64,000 nucleotides of DNA from Lama glama (Eukaryota), in the NCBI GenBank assembly GCA_028534125.1, contig CM052817.1:11968001-12032000 (forward strand), written 5' to 3'. Of the stretch, positions 48,951 through 61,815 are shown in pieces; the first letter of the stretch is position 1; every line of letters starts with the position of its first letter. A program made the translations under genes and the position numbers. Below the pieces are notes generated by a model that was given only the letters and a program-made list of their open reading frames with translations, was not told where the DNA came from and made no database searches.

Positions 48951-49764
48951 CAAAAAAGAACAAAAGAAAATCTGATTGTCTCCTGAGTAATATGAATATT
49001 TCAGGATGGTTTCACTTCTTAATCCCTTATCCTACCTCCTCTTTATAATGAACAATTCAGGATTTTCAATTCAGTATTATTAGTGTTAAATTATATATTA
49101 TAATGTCATTTATCTTCTGATTTATGTATATATTTATAATGATTTTATAATTATATTAGTAACATTTTAGATGTAGCTGTATTCCAGTTGTTTCTCTCCG
49201 TCCTTCCTTCCCTCTTTTCTTCTTTTCTTCCTTCCTTCTTTACCTTTTTTCTAAATTTAATTTTGTCATTCTCCAGTTCTTTGTTTTGTCCAGCTGGACT
49301 AAACCTTTGGAATTTTTAAAAGTACATTCAAGGAAGGCAAATGGACACCAGCATTCTGGGATAAAATTCCAGGACATTGCAGCAAAAAAGTGCTGTATTT
49401 CAAGTGAGCAAGGATGATGTGCTTTGGTAATTGGTGTTGGATGAGTTGAAACTCGTCTTCTGTGATAATAAAGGCACTGATGTTGAATATGCATATAAAC
49501 AATAAGAATAAAATAGATTCATAAACTGAGTTGAAAAAGCAATATTTTAAATTCAAACACTATTTTTGTAAAACTATTTTATATAAGAATGTATGACATA
49601 TAACCTAATTATTACCAGTATGTGTTTGAATATTTTAAACATATCCATGGAAGCATAAAATACCAAATTTGCCAAAAATTTTCCTTTGAATATTCCCATT
49701 GAAGAAAATGTTCTTAATCTTTAGGTAGAGATATATGGTATTGACTATTCAATCTACAAATGAT

Positions 49765-49885
49765 CCCATGAGTTACAGTCTTTACAGTGCAGGTAAACAA
49801 CTGGAGGCTAGAAATTTAAGTGTATACCCAGTGTCATACAGCTAGTAGAGGGGAGGTGAGATTTGAATTCAGTTCTAACTCACAC
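49765..49885 (-). mobile_element. MIR fragment
   Basis: tttacagtgcaggtaaacaactggaggct...gtcatacagctagta...gatttgaattcag. Confidence 0.7.
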
Positions 49886-50129
49886 TCAACAAACTTATGA
49901 CAACTTAATATCATCTATACCAGTTCTTTTCTTTAAGAGACCCAGTGTTAAAATCTGAACTAGGGATGGTAAAGTCTGGGCAGACAGGATTTCAGATACA
50001 GGACAGTCTTAGGTTGAAGATTACAGTCGGGATTCTGGGAAGGAAGGGTAGAACTCTAAAGAGATCAGCATTCAAGTGAGGGGGCATACGGTAAAACACA
50101 ACAAATCTGTGGGCAGATGGTGCTCACCT

Positions 50130-50460
50130 TACCATTATCCCATAAAGCATTCCTTGCCAGGACCTCCACCAATGCCATACCCTATCTTTTCTCTAATTGC
50201 CTGGAGTCCCCTGCTCCTCCATCAAGGCCTTCTCAAGTTTCTGCTCTGCTAAGATGCCTTCTCTAATCTGTCTCCTCCTTCCTCTGAGCCCCATTGTGCA
50301 CATACCTGCCATCATTACCATCATCATCTTCATCTAGTAACTGATATGATAATAATTTATTTGCATGTCTAGCTCCACACTGGGTTGTAAGATCCTTGAG
50401 GGCAGCAAGTTTAGGTTCTTTAAAAGCATTTCTCTGCACAGCCTAGCTGAGTATCTGGAA
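50130..50460 (+). mobile_element. L2 3' fragment
   Basis: aatttatttgcatgtctagctccacactgggttgtaagatccttgagggcag. Confidence 0.75.
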
Positions 50461-52924
50461 CGTAACATGTAACCAATAGTAGGGCTTGGATTTGAACCTA
50501 GCTCTGGTTATCACATGAATGACTGAGTGAATAATAATTTCCCTTTTATGTGGGCAGTGGAGATTTAGAGTACATTTGAAAGAATTTTTCTTGTTTTGAT
50601 TTTTTTTTAACCTGGAGAAAAAGTTTTGTGATGTTTCACAGAATGGTGGATTATGTTTCAAAACTCAGGTGATAATATAATGTGGAATCATCTATCATTC
50701 TGTAATGTGTTTTCCAGAGCTAGTTGTGTTTTATCATCTTGAATATTTGGACCTTACACTGGGAGCATGAGGTATTGAGATACGAGATTGGGACATAAAG
50801 GATGTGCAGCATATGGCCATGTTGTGGGGTGAGTGGCACACTCCTTCCCACCATACCCCCAAGAGACACTTATGGAAATTTCTCCTGCTCTTAATCTGCA
50901 AGCTCTTAAAATTACAGAACCAGCTTTCCTACTAGACACTTTGACATAATTGAGTGGAAAAAAAAACTAATTGCATTAAACTGATAGTAGAAAATGAGCC
51001 CCAGTGGATGACGCTATAGGGGTGCCTATTCTGAATTGTCAAGGTGTCATGGTGCCACCAGTTGTTCTTTGATCAATCAATCTGAAGGAGAAGAGAGAGG
51101 GTTTACGCTGGAGACCGTTTTTTAGAAGAACTGACTGCTTGGAGGTTTGAGCACCAACGTGGGGAGGTAAGCATTGTTCCCCCCAGGATGTGCTGTCCTT
51201 CCCATGGGCAGTCATTTTTATTCATGTTATAGAAACACAACCACAGACTCTAAAGAGTTTGTTCTAGGAAGTTATTCAGTTTTGCAGCTAACCAACACTT
51301 CTGTGCTCTCCTATAAAGACATCTCAAACATGCTTTTTGTCCCTCACACCTAATTTATGCAAAGGAACTCTTGCCCTGAGGGCTGCTCTGTTTTTTAATG
51401 AACTCACTTTGATGACAAGTAAATGTGGCAGGTATTTCAGGAAGCACACATCGCAGTTCATCCAGGGATGGTTTAACTTTGAAATTCTTTCACATGTGTA
51501 ATATCTCTGAGCCTAACATTCTGATTGAAATATATAGACTTTATTTCCTTTTTCATCTCTTCCCATCTGAAACATTATCTTCCTAACTTATCATTGTTGG
51601 GCTGGAAGTGAGGAAAAGTTTAGTTTGCCTCTGCCAAAAAATGGCTATTTGACCCTGCATATGTTATGGAGCAAACTTCTCTGTGCCTCAAATTTTGAAC
51701 CTTTAAATGAGTTGGTGACAGTGGTAGGGGGAGGGGGCATGATGTTGGATGAGATGACCCCTCCATGGCTTCAGACACCACTTCTGTGCTGAGGATTTAA
51801 ACATCTGGATCCTCAGCCCAGTTTCTGAAACATGGGTGAGCATCTTCAGTCAAATATTCCAACACCTCAAGGCCAGCATGCGAAACTTGGCCAAGTATCT
51901 TTTCTGTTTTCCTCCGTGGTTATGAATAATGTCTCCAGCTGCCCAGAAAGATACTTTGATGTCATCCTCAGAATTACAACTGCATTATCTACCATATATG
52001 AGTCTGTGTGAGTTTTGCCCTAAATTTCTCCTCATTCATGGCTCCTGTATTAGATCAGTTATGATGAACTTAAAGCTGCATCACTGTTTAGTAAAGACAG
52101 TATTTTCATAATACTTCTTGATATATTTCCTCTTTGAAATAGCTACAGCTTTTCACTGTTAAGACTAGGTCATGAGGTTGAAGTAAGCCATGAGAGAGCG
52201 AAGGCTTAGAAAGCCCTCCTCTGGCCTGGGTGTCAGACAAGGAAAGGGGACTCAAAGGGCTTCAGGGGAGCGTCATTCTCCACTTTGAACAGCATACCTC
52301 GGGGCAATTCCAACATTGCATTTAGCAGGATACCAGGGTATTCTGATGCATGGGAAGTGGTTTACACAGGACTAAAGAAGGTTCTAGATGGAGTTAAGTG
52401 GACTCCCAAACAAGTGGAGGCCTGGGGTTGAGATGAGGAGGACACAAGGGTAGGCACTTGGGACCTAGAACTAGCAGCTGTGGCACAGATGTCAACACGA
52501 AGTAGAATGTGTAAACACAATTGGGCAGGGATTTTGCCTCCTTTACTTACTACTATATATTTCCAGGACCTAGAACACTGCCAGGTAAATACTAGGTACC
52601 TCTAAATGTTTACTGATTAAATAGGTATGACAAGATGCCCCAAAGAATCAGACACCATCAACTGTCCTTCTGCAGACGTCTTCACAGGATATCCAGAGAC
52701 AAGATAGGGTGCCAACTCTGGGAGACAGGAGAAGCCTTGGAGGCCAACGCATGGATCTGGAGCTGATGCCAGACTAGTATGTAAATTCCCCACTTCCACC
52801 TCAAGACTTAGTTCCTAAGTTAAGGAAAAGAGGAAAGTCAACAAATTCTGAGTTCCTCTGTGCTTAAGCTGATAAAAGAGATTTTAAAAATATAGAAGAG
52901 CACAAATTGTCCTTTATTAACTAT

Positions 52925-53086
52925 TTTTAAAATTTTTTTCTATTCATTATTGCACTATTTAGTTATTTTATTTTGGCAGTGGGAGATAATTAGATTTATT
53001 TATTTTTAGAGGAGGTGCTGGGGATTGAACCCAGGACCTGGAGCGTGCTAAGCATGCACTCTACCACTTGAGCTATACCCTCTCCC
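52925..53086 (-). mobile_element. tRNA-Ala-derived SINE (Vic-1-like, camelid)
   Basis: Minus strand gggtatagctcaagtggtagagtgcatgcttagcacgctccaggtcctgggttcaatccccagcacctcc, then AT-rich tail; A and B boxes intact. Confidence 0.92.
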
Positions 53087-53234
53087 TCTCTATTGTATAT
53101 TTTAATTCCTTTTCTCTTGAGAGAACATGAGGTCAGTTACAGAAAAAGGAGCTGAAAGGTATCATTTGGACTTCCCTCAGTTCCTACCATCTCCTGCCTT
53201 CTCTCTGCTGCCAGTTTTGTTTCTTTGTAAGACT

Positions 53235-53800
53235 CTTTAATGGCTCCGCATACCAGGGCAGAAAATTGAGTTTCAACTCCAAATGGCTTCACCATGTCTT
53301 TAATCTTATCTCCTGTCTCCTCTATGTCTCCTCTATATCTTATATGCATTTATTTCAAGGCCACCACATTAGGTATCTACCCTGGGGGAGAGTGACTGCA
53401 AAAATCTGGTCCAGTTAGGGGCACCCTTTTCTGATTCACATCACTACGGGCTGGTGATAGCCAGTTCTCCATTGCTGGCACATACACACCAACTCTCTCT
53501 CTCTTTCCACACACACTAAATCCCAAGTCACATAGAAATATTTGTAGTTCCCACGAATCCACAAAGCCTCTAGTTACATTATTTCTCTATTCCCTCACTG
53601 CCTCTTCATCTCTCCCTTCCACTTTAGTGAACACGTATATATTTTAAAAATCTTAACTAATGCATTACCTCCTCTGTGAATCCCTCCCTTTCCTATGCCT
53701 TGTGGCAAAATTAAGTATTATTTGATATGCAAATAATTAGCACTGTAATCAGTTATTTAGAGCCATGGGTTATGTCTTATGCATCTTAGTTTCTCTAGGA
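53235..53800 (+). mobile_element. L2 fragment
   Basis: tttaatggctcc...actccaaatggcttc...cattacctcctctgtgaatcc...ttagcactgtaat. Confidence 0.55.
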
Positions 53801-54029
53801 CATAGTATAATAGCACCAAATAATGTTTCTTAAAAGAATGTTCTCCACAGTTTCTTCCAGCTCTAATGAGATGAGATTAAAAGAGTAATGGATTTTACAA
53901 TTAGGAACACAATTGGATTGAGTTCCTAAAGAAACCTCTTGGACCTCGGGTTTTATCTGATATTGATGAAGCTTCTCTTGGCATTTTCTAGGCCTGAGAT
54001 AAGTCAAATTAAGTTCCCATGTTAAGAGG

Positions 54030-54131
54030 TAATACAGTGGACAGGACCTGACTGGATTTGAGTTTTGACTCCCATCTTGGCTACATGATAGTTATGCAAC
54101 TCTGGGAAAGTTACTGGACACTTTGGGCTTC
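54030..54131 (+). mobile_element. MIR fragment
   Basis: gacctgactggatttgagttttgactcc...ctctgggaaagttact..ctttgggcttcaatttc. Confidence 0.65.
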
Positions 54132-54187
54132 AATTTCTTCTTTCATTTAAGAAAAAAATAATTTCTTCTTTCATTTAAGAAAAAAAT
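54132..54187. repeat. Perfect 28-bp tandem duplication
   Basis: aatttcttctttcatttaagaaaaaaat x2. Confidence 0.95.
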
Positions 54188-54709
54188 TCAAAAGCAGGAA
54201 AACAAATCCTAGAGTAGGAATTGGAGAGTATTGATTGGGATAATAAAACAAGAAACGTTTTTATAATGACGAGTGCTGCAGTCACTAAGACTGGCTCTCA
54301 TTTCATAATGAAACGTGATTCTGTGAACCAGTAGCTAGCGAAATGTCAAATGAAGGTTATTCCGTTAAAATGATGGTCTTGCCCAATCAGGCAAAGACAA
54401 GCTCGTGCCTTTACAGAGTACAGCTATGAGTGTTTTTTTTTCTGTTCATCCAGTTTTCTTTGGCTGGAGGAGTTTCTGCTAGTCTTTACTGATCCTTCCT
54501 ACATTAGAACAATCTGGCTGGGAATCTCTCTCTGTGCTAATGAAAAATCACACATTTCAATGTATAATACATATTAAAGTAACTCTATAGAGAAGTATGT
54601 GTGTGTCTGTGTGTAATTCTAATCTGTTATTTCAAAATGGGACCACGTGTTAAGGTGTTAAGGAATAAAAACATATGTAGTGTTTTGTCTTGATATTGAG
54701 CTTGGTGAA

Positions 54710-55180
54710 ATGCAGTATATTCTACTGTAAGAAGAACTAGCTTTAAAATCAGAAAGCTGGATACTTGTCTTAGGTGCTGCACTTGAATGAGCTCGGGCAA
54801 GTAATTTATACTTTTTGAGTATCAGTTTACCTATCTATGAAATTAAAGTTATAATGCCTCAACCTTGTTATCTCTTACTTGTTATAAGGTTAAAAAAATT
54901 TGATAAGTAAAAAAAATTTAACTGAAATGTACAGTAAGAGATGAAATAAAGGGTGTTATTATGAAACCCAGACCATAGCCTTTGGGGAAGACAGAGCCCT
55001 GGACTCATTGTTTTTCTGCCAATTATTAACTGGATGGTCTTAGGCTGGTTACTTAGAATATTCAGTCTTCTGCAGCTTCATCTGTTAAAAAGGAGGGAGG
55101 AGTTAGTCTTGCAAATTTGTGTGAAAAATCCACAGGGTGACATTTGTAAAAGACCTCGCATATGATGGGCATTAAAATAA
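54710..55180 (+). mobile_element. Two degenerate MIRs
   Basis: gctcgggcaagtaatttatactttttgagtatcagtttacctatctatgaaa; tcttaggctggttacttag...cagcttcatctgttaaaa. Confidence 0.7.
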
Positions 55181-55874
55181 TAACAATCCCATGGCCTCCC
55201 CTTCATCAGTGCCCCAGTCCAAACAAATTAAGCTTTTTCATTTTTTTTCTGGAAAAATTATTTGAATACTTTCTTACTTGTAATGCCCATAACTTGTTTC
55301 TGGTCATAGTTGTGGCAGTTCTTTTGATTTCTGTTTTGTTTTGTTTTTCAAAAATGAGGTACCTGCGCTGAAATCTGAATAAATTGAAGACCGAAGACTC
55401 CCTCTCCCACTCATTTGTCCTTTTGTCACACTGACGTGACAAATGAATAAGTGGAGATGAGTAAAGGCTCTCTTGAAGTCACATGCTGGTGTAATTTCTC
55501 AGCAAGTGCTTTGATGAAAAATGAAGAAAAGATTACGTTGTTATTTCTCATTATTTTATTCTGTTTCATTTAGGAAGAATTTAGGACCTAGAGAACCTGA
55601 TAAAATAATGAGCACAATAGAAAACATATTCATTGTTAATCCATCACCTCTTAGCTCCGTACTCCTTGTTGACAAGGACAGAGCGATGCCTTCCCCAGCA
55701 GTCATGATGAATATCTTCTAAAGGGTCCACTTCTTTTGTCTTTTCAGCACATAAATGGAAAAACTGTTTTATGTCAACTGAATGGAGTTAGTTCCATTTC
55801 TACCATATGTCTTTGTATTCTTTCTTGTTCTTTTCACTCCTCTAAAATTTCCATTCCTTGAATGTTTCATAATT

Positions 55875-56010
55875 TATACACATATGCATATAAAATATAT
55901 CTGTATATATACATGCATATGTGTTTATATGTATACACATACATGCAATACATATATATGCATATGTACATATATACACATATAGACAGGTGTGTGTGTA
56001 TGTATATATA
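55875..56010. repeat. (TA/CA/TG)n compound microsatellite
   Basis: tatacacatatgcatata...gtgtgtgtgtatgtatatata. Confidence 0.9.
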
Positions 56011-56649
56011 TCCTAAGAATCACTCTTCAGTATAATTCAGGGCCTCATACACAATTCTAGAATTTCAGATATGACAGGGACTATTGGTAGCTGGCATTTT
56101 TTTCTTAAATATACTTAACTATCCTTTTATAAATATTCTTTTCAGAATTTTCTCTAAAATAACCCACTGGTAGGTGTGGACCCTGCTTTATTCCCAGCCA
56201 TCACTGCAAATGACTGTTAATGGAGTGCCATGGAATTGCCTTCTTAATATCTCCTTGTTTGGAGAAGTGTGATATATTGGATCCAAACTATCCACAGAAG
56301 GATGCAGGGTAGACCTAGACATTTCCTGAGCTAGAGGGACACTTAGAGGCTCTCTGTTTAAATTCACTTCAGTTCAGAGGAGGAAATAGAGACACCGGAG
56401 ACTCTCAGGGGGTGTAGCCAATGTACGATGTGCTGAGCTCCAGAGTCCTAAACCACTGCCTTTTCTTTTTAGAGCTTTTTTCCCCCTGTAATTTTGCTTA
56501 TGGTAGAAATGAAGAACATTTTCTACAATGAAAATATCTGCAGCTGATTACAACTGCCAATATGGATATTTTAATCAATTCTTATCCTAAATGTCATAAA
56601 ATATATGCTTTAGAAGCAAGATTAGCTTATGAGTTATGAGAGCTGTGGC

Positions 56650-57190
56650 CATTCATGCATCCTTCTAACCACCCATCCAATAACACTGATCGTTCACCTT
56701 GAGTACAGATCTGTGCTAGGCTTGAGAATGAACATAATGATGAAGACCTAATCCATGCTCTGAAGGTGTTTACAGCTTCCCGGAGGCTAAAAGACAACCA
56801 TTGAATGGGCTGTCGCTCAAGGTAATGTACAGTCAGTGTCTTGAGAGAAGCATCATAAAATTGCCATTGGGGTATGAAGAAGGAAATGCTACTTCTAGGT
56901 AGGGCTCAGCCTGAAGTGAACAGGATGCCTTGAACCCAACTGTAAATGGGGAAGACAGTTAATTCTGAGAACAAATTGGATAATCATACAGAGATGGGGT
57001 GAATAAGAAAGTGAGGAATGTTGGAATGTTTCATTCATGAAGGAAGTCATTAGAGGTACAGCTGGAGAACTAGTATGGAATTTGATCTTGAAGGGTATTG
57101 AATGCCAGGGCAGAGGTTTTGAATATAAGGCATTGGGGGAGTCACTGAATGTTCCATGTTCAATAGCTTGGGGAGGAAAATGAATCAATG
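56650..57190 (-). mobile_element. L2 fragment
   Basis: cattcatgcatcc...ctgtgctaggc...gaatgccagggcagagg...ggcattgggggagtcactgaa. Confidence 0.7.
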
Positions 57191-57734
57191 AAAAGCACTC
57201 TCCAAAGGAAAAAAGTGTCATTTTATGAGCTGAGGGAGTGGGAATTTTAAATAAAAGGTGGCAAACAAAGACTTTGAATAAGATTGGTGTGATGAAAACA
57301 CAAACATACATACACACACAAACATTAGGGTAAGTGACTAGAATGTGACATTTGAGAATAAAGTTAATTGAGTGACTGTAGTGGAAGCCAGGTTGAGTTC
57401 AGTCAGATTGTGTGAAACAGACTAAATGTTGTAGATGCAGATGTCTTGATGAATATTTTAAGTAATTTGCCAGCATCTACCATGGTGCCCACCACATTGT
57501 AAGCACTCAGTTAATATATGTGGAATGAGTCAGTGAGAGATGCATAAACCTTGGTAAGCCACACAGTTTCTCTCAGTGGAGTTAGTTTGAGCTGCACTTA
57601 CTCGATACACAGACCCAGCCATCTGGTTCATCAGAAAATCACAAGTCTGCAAGTCTGACAATTTGAAAATGTATATCTAAGTTTGAAAATACTTATAGAA
57701 ATTATAGGAAATTAATATGGGAAGGATAAAAGAG

Positions 57735-57925
57735 TCTGACTCCCTGAGTTTTAATATTTTCTCTACCTTAGGCAAGTTCTTTAGCCTCTCTGTGCCTCAG
57801 TTTCCTCCATATAATGGAAGTAAGAAAGTAGGTAGCTCATAGCCATGTAATGAGAACTGTGCACTAGTAAATGTGAAATGCTTAGCAGAGTCTCTGACAG
57901 ATGGCACACATGATATTAATGTTTG
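57735..57925 (+). mobile_element. MIR SINE
   Basis: accttaggcaagttctttagcctctctgtgcctcagtttcctc...atgtgaaatgcttagcaga. Confidence 0.88.
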
Positions 57926-58164
57926 CACATTATCATTATTATTATGCAAGAATGTACTTTTTAGAATGTGCATAATCCCTTGTATTCCACCTTAAAATTT
58001 ATGAACTATATTCCAATACAATTTCTTAATTTATTCCTTCACCCCCATTCCATTCATTCCACATGGTCAGTGAGGAAACTTAGAATCTGTCAGGTTAATT
58101 GACCTGCTTAAGATGGAACTGAGTCTTGAAGCTAGATCTTCTAGTGATGGTCATTAATTCCTGA

Positions 58165-58340
58165 AAGGTCATTGCGGACCAGGCATTGTTTTAAGAACTT
58201 TGTCAAAGTAATCTCATTTAATTATTATTAAGCATGAGGAGGATCAGAGAGGTTCAATGCTTTACTTAAAGTCACATTGCTAGTAAGTCATGGGGGAGAA
58301 TTTAAGTCAGGTCTCATGTCTTCAAAGCCTGTGCTCTTAG
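58165..58340 (-). mobile_element. MIR SINE
   Basis: ccaggcattgttttaagaacttt..atctcatttaatt...cagagaggtt...gtcacattgctagtaagt...caaagcctgtgctctt. Confidence 0.8.
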
Positions 58341-59488
58341 TTCTCAAACCAGATGTGTCCTAATGTGAAGTGGGAGGAAGACAGTGATGACTTGATTCTG
58401 GGGAAGAAAGGCATCTCTAAGTGTGCTCAGTGGACCAAGTCTTCTCAGCCTCCCTGGGGTCTTGGTTCAGCATCCCTGCTGGGTGCAGATGCCTTTGGAC
58501 AGAGCTAAGTTTTTCCTCTACCTTCATTTCTGAGGCCCATCTCTTTGACTCCCCTGGCTGGGCTCTGCCTGGGCTCTGCTTGGGCTCTGAGTAAACAACC
58601 ACAGCCATAAACCTTTCAAGTAGGTGCAGAGAAGAGCTGTTTTTCATCAGGTCATTGTAGGCAGCCTGGGCTGCCAACTTCCCATCAAAGCCTCATAAAC
58701 TCTTTTACGAGGCCCATAAAATGCTGCCTACTCCTGTTAGGGGAGAGGAGGACAGCCATCAGACCCAAATCATGCTGGTTTCAATTGCTTCATTTCCATA
58801 CATCAGACTCCTTGGAATACCAAAGGCAGACCACAGCCAGATAATAAAGTTTTCGTTGTGTTCCTGGGGTGTTCCTTTACCAGGCCTCCCAGGCCCTGTG
58901 ATGCACAGTAGTGCTTGATTACCCTGGAGAGCAATTCTGGGTGGTAGAGTTAGCAGCAAGGATTGTAGGGAGCCATGTCTCCCATTCAAGGCTGGCGGAG
59001 TGTTGGCTGCTGAGTGGGTTCTGTTTTCTCTGCAGGGACGTTTAGAGAGAATGTTTCCTGACAATATCTCATGGCTGCTCCACTGCAGTTGGACATGGAG
59101 TCTGCCCTTATTTGTATCTGTGTTCCTGGCATGGCCTGTGGTTGCCAACAAAAAGATAACCACCTTGTTAATTAGGTTCATGGAGCTGCCAGCCTCCAAA
59201 TTTTTCTTATCTAACTTCCCACATCATGCTTCATCTTCTCTGCTTTGTCACGAAAAACCAGTCAATTTTAGATTTAGGAATAGGAATATAGTCAGAAGGC
59301 AATTGGCAGGTAATCTAATTCTCCAATTAGTAACTATTTTCATCTCACTCTATGGTAAGCTCCCTCAAGGACAGGTGTTACTTTTGTTTTTTTTAAATTA
59401 TTATTTATTTTCAAGTGTCTAGTCTTGTGCCTGGTGTATATACAGAGAAAGTACAAAACTGTTTAATAAATGAATCACTGTTATTGCA

Positions 59489-59790
59489 TGTATCAGTCAG
59501 CATATGCTAAGTTATGCTGTGGTAACAAACACAGCACTGATGATTTATGTATTATAGTTGCTGTAAGTCTGTCTCAATTTGGTTGTTCCATGCCATCTTC
59601 ACTCTGAGATCCACACGAATGGAGTAATTTTTATTTGGAATATTCCTAAGCTCTTGGCAGAAGAAAAAGAGGACAGTGATATGAACCACATATCAGTTTG
59701 AAAGTTTCTACCTGACACCTTATTTCTATTCACATTTTATTGGCCAACTCAAATTAAGACAAGGTCTGACTTCAAGGAGCTGAAACATTA
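59489..59790 (-). mobile_element. MaLR LTR (MLT1I/K-like)
   Basis: tgtatcagtcagcatatgctaagttatgctgtggtaacaaac...tctattcacattttattggcca. Confidence 0.75.
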
Positions 59791-60609
59791 AAATTGTCCC
59801 TCACACGAACCCTTTCTTAATCTCCTTTATTTTTTTTTGTCAGAGCTTAATATTTACTTACAGTGATGACTCTAAGATATAACTTAGGGAACATAATATT
59901 TAATTGTAATTTTAAACAGGCACAACTAATCTGAAACCTTGAACAGCAGATATATATTTTGTGCTCGGCACCCTAATCTTATACATCCACAGTTCTGTAT
60001 AAAAAGAATCAATTCTCAGAACAGTGATGCCACTAGCACCAGAATGCTCGTCAATCATTAAAGACAACTTCTTTTATTGCCATCAGCTTATAGTTACTAA
60101 AGCAAAGAAAAACTTGATACATGTTATGAAGATTTTCAACAAAAAGTAATTGAAATAAAGAAATGCAAAAAGGTTTTCTGTTGAAGCCACTTTTCAATTC
60201 CTACAGGAATATAGGGAGGCATAAGAACATCACATTCAGGAGTGGTTTTATTCTATTTCTTTTATTATTCACTGCAAGAAACCATTCCTCCAAGTAAATG
60301 ACCTGCAATAAGATTATAACTGAGGTTGAAAGAGTTGGCTAATAGTCTAGAAAGGGAAAAAATAAAAATGAAATTAAAAATGAAGTCCTTAGCAATAAAA
60401 GAAAAAAGAAATATTCTGAGAAGCCTGCACTTCAAGTCAATTTTAAGGACTGGGGAGGAAAGAGAGAAATTAACGTTGACTGATTTAATGTCTGCAAAAC
60501 ATTGTACTGTGTGCTTTTTATACATGTGATTTTGTAATAAATGACAGTGCGAGAGTTACCTCCTATGAGAAATCTCTTCCTTTACCATTCAAAATCAGAT
60601 AATGTTTAA

Positions 60610-61110
60610 ATATAGTAACAGCTAATATATGTTGGACACTTAATATGTGCTAGATCAGTGGTTCTCAATCACTGTGTGATTTTGTTCCCAGGAGACATTT
60701 GGCAATGTCTGGAGACTTTTATCTTTGTCACATCTGGTGGGGGAGGATGGAAAAGATTGTGCTGGTGGATTGAGGCCAGGGCTGCTATAAACATCCTACA
60801 ATACACACAGGATGGCCCCCAGTGCAAAAGGTTGTCTGGCCCAAGGTGTCAGCCTCCAGTGCTGAGACTGAAAAATCCTGTGCTAAAATTCTAAGGGTTT
60901 ACATAAACAAATATTAGATAGCTAATTTAATTAATGAATTTAATCCTCACAATCATTTTGTGATTATATAGTATTGGTATTTACCGTCTACGGACAAGAA
61001 AACTGAGGCAAAGATTATTATGTAACTTACCCAAGATTATATCGCTAGTGAGAGTCAGGCCCTGTGTTGGAAGACAGGCAGTCAGGCTCCAGCCTGCACA
61101 TTCATAAGCA
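60610..61110 (-). mobile_element. MIR split by MER20
   Basis: atagtaacagctaatatatgttggacacttaatatgtgc | ...tttaatcctcacaa...gaaaactgaggc...taacttacccaagatt. Confidence 0.8.
60656..60880 (+). mobile_element. MER20 (hAT-Charlie), full length
   Basis: cagtggttctcaa...gacatttggcaatgtctggagac...gaggccagggctgct..aaacatcctacaat...; decayed 8-bp TSD tgctagat / tgctaaaa. Confidence 0.92.
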
Positions 61111-61594
61111 CTAACCCCTGCACCTTCCCACTGTCCTGTAAGATTGTGAGAGTAGAAATTCTGTATATACACCACTATTTTCCACCAAACCTTTAGTACA
61201 ATGGCCACAATAGTGTTTGTAAAGTAGTTGTTAGGTGACAGAATGGAATAAAGAGTCCACTCTCAGTTTACCAAGTAGGTACTAGTTAGTTAAAAGAGTT
61301 GTTCCCAATTTTCAATCATAAAGAAGTTTTTATATTCTTCTATAGGTTGTATTAGAAACTTAGGGGATTCTAGTGAAATGCATGAGACTTATGTTTCAGT
61401 TATTCTGCATGTGCTAGATAAAAAAAATTGCTTTCACCAAACTTTAATTGTGAGCAAAGCCTAAGGACATCCCCAAATCTAGTTGTCCCAGATTAGGAAC
61501 TGCTGAGAGATGACAATACATACTCTACTGGTTGCACACAGGAAAAAGGGAAACAAAATAAAACAAATCAAAACACCTTTTCATTCCCCTAGAC

Positions 61595-61815
61595 CTGGAG
61601 TTGAACATTACAGTCCACAGGCCAAATCTCTCCCACTCCAGGTTTTGGTAAATAAAGTTTTATTGGAACAGAGCTATTCTCGTTTGGTTATGTATTGTCT
61701 GTGGTTGCTCTCACAGAACAGGCACAGAGTTGAGTAGTCACGATGGAGACCATGTGGCCTGCAACCCTAAATACTTACTATTTGGACATTTTCAGAAGAC
61801 GTTTGCCAACCTCTG
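61595..61815 (-). mobile_element. MER58A (hAT-Charlie MITE)
   Basis: gtaaataaagttttattggaacag...cagagttgagtagt..gagaccatgtggcctgcaa...gtttgccaacctctg. Confidence 0.92.

Noticed and set aside
53008..53082. tRNA-Ala(AGC) gene
   Set aside because: Stem mismatches, an AT-rich SINE tail and a second decayed copy in the window show it is a SINE head, not a tRNA gene.
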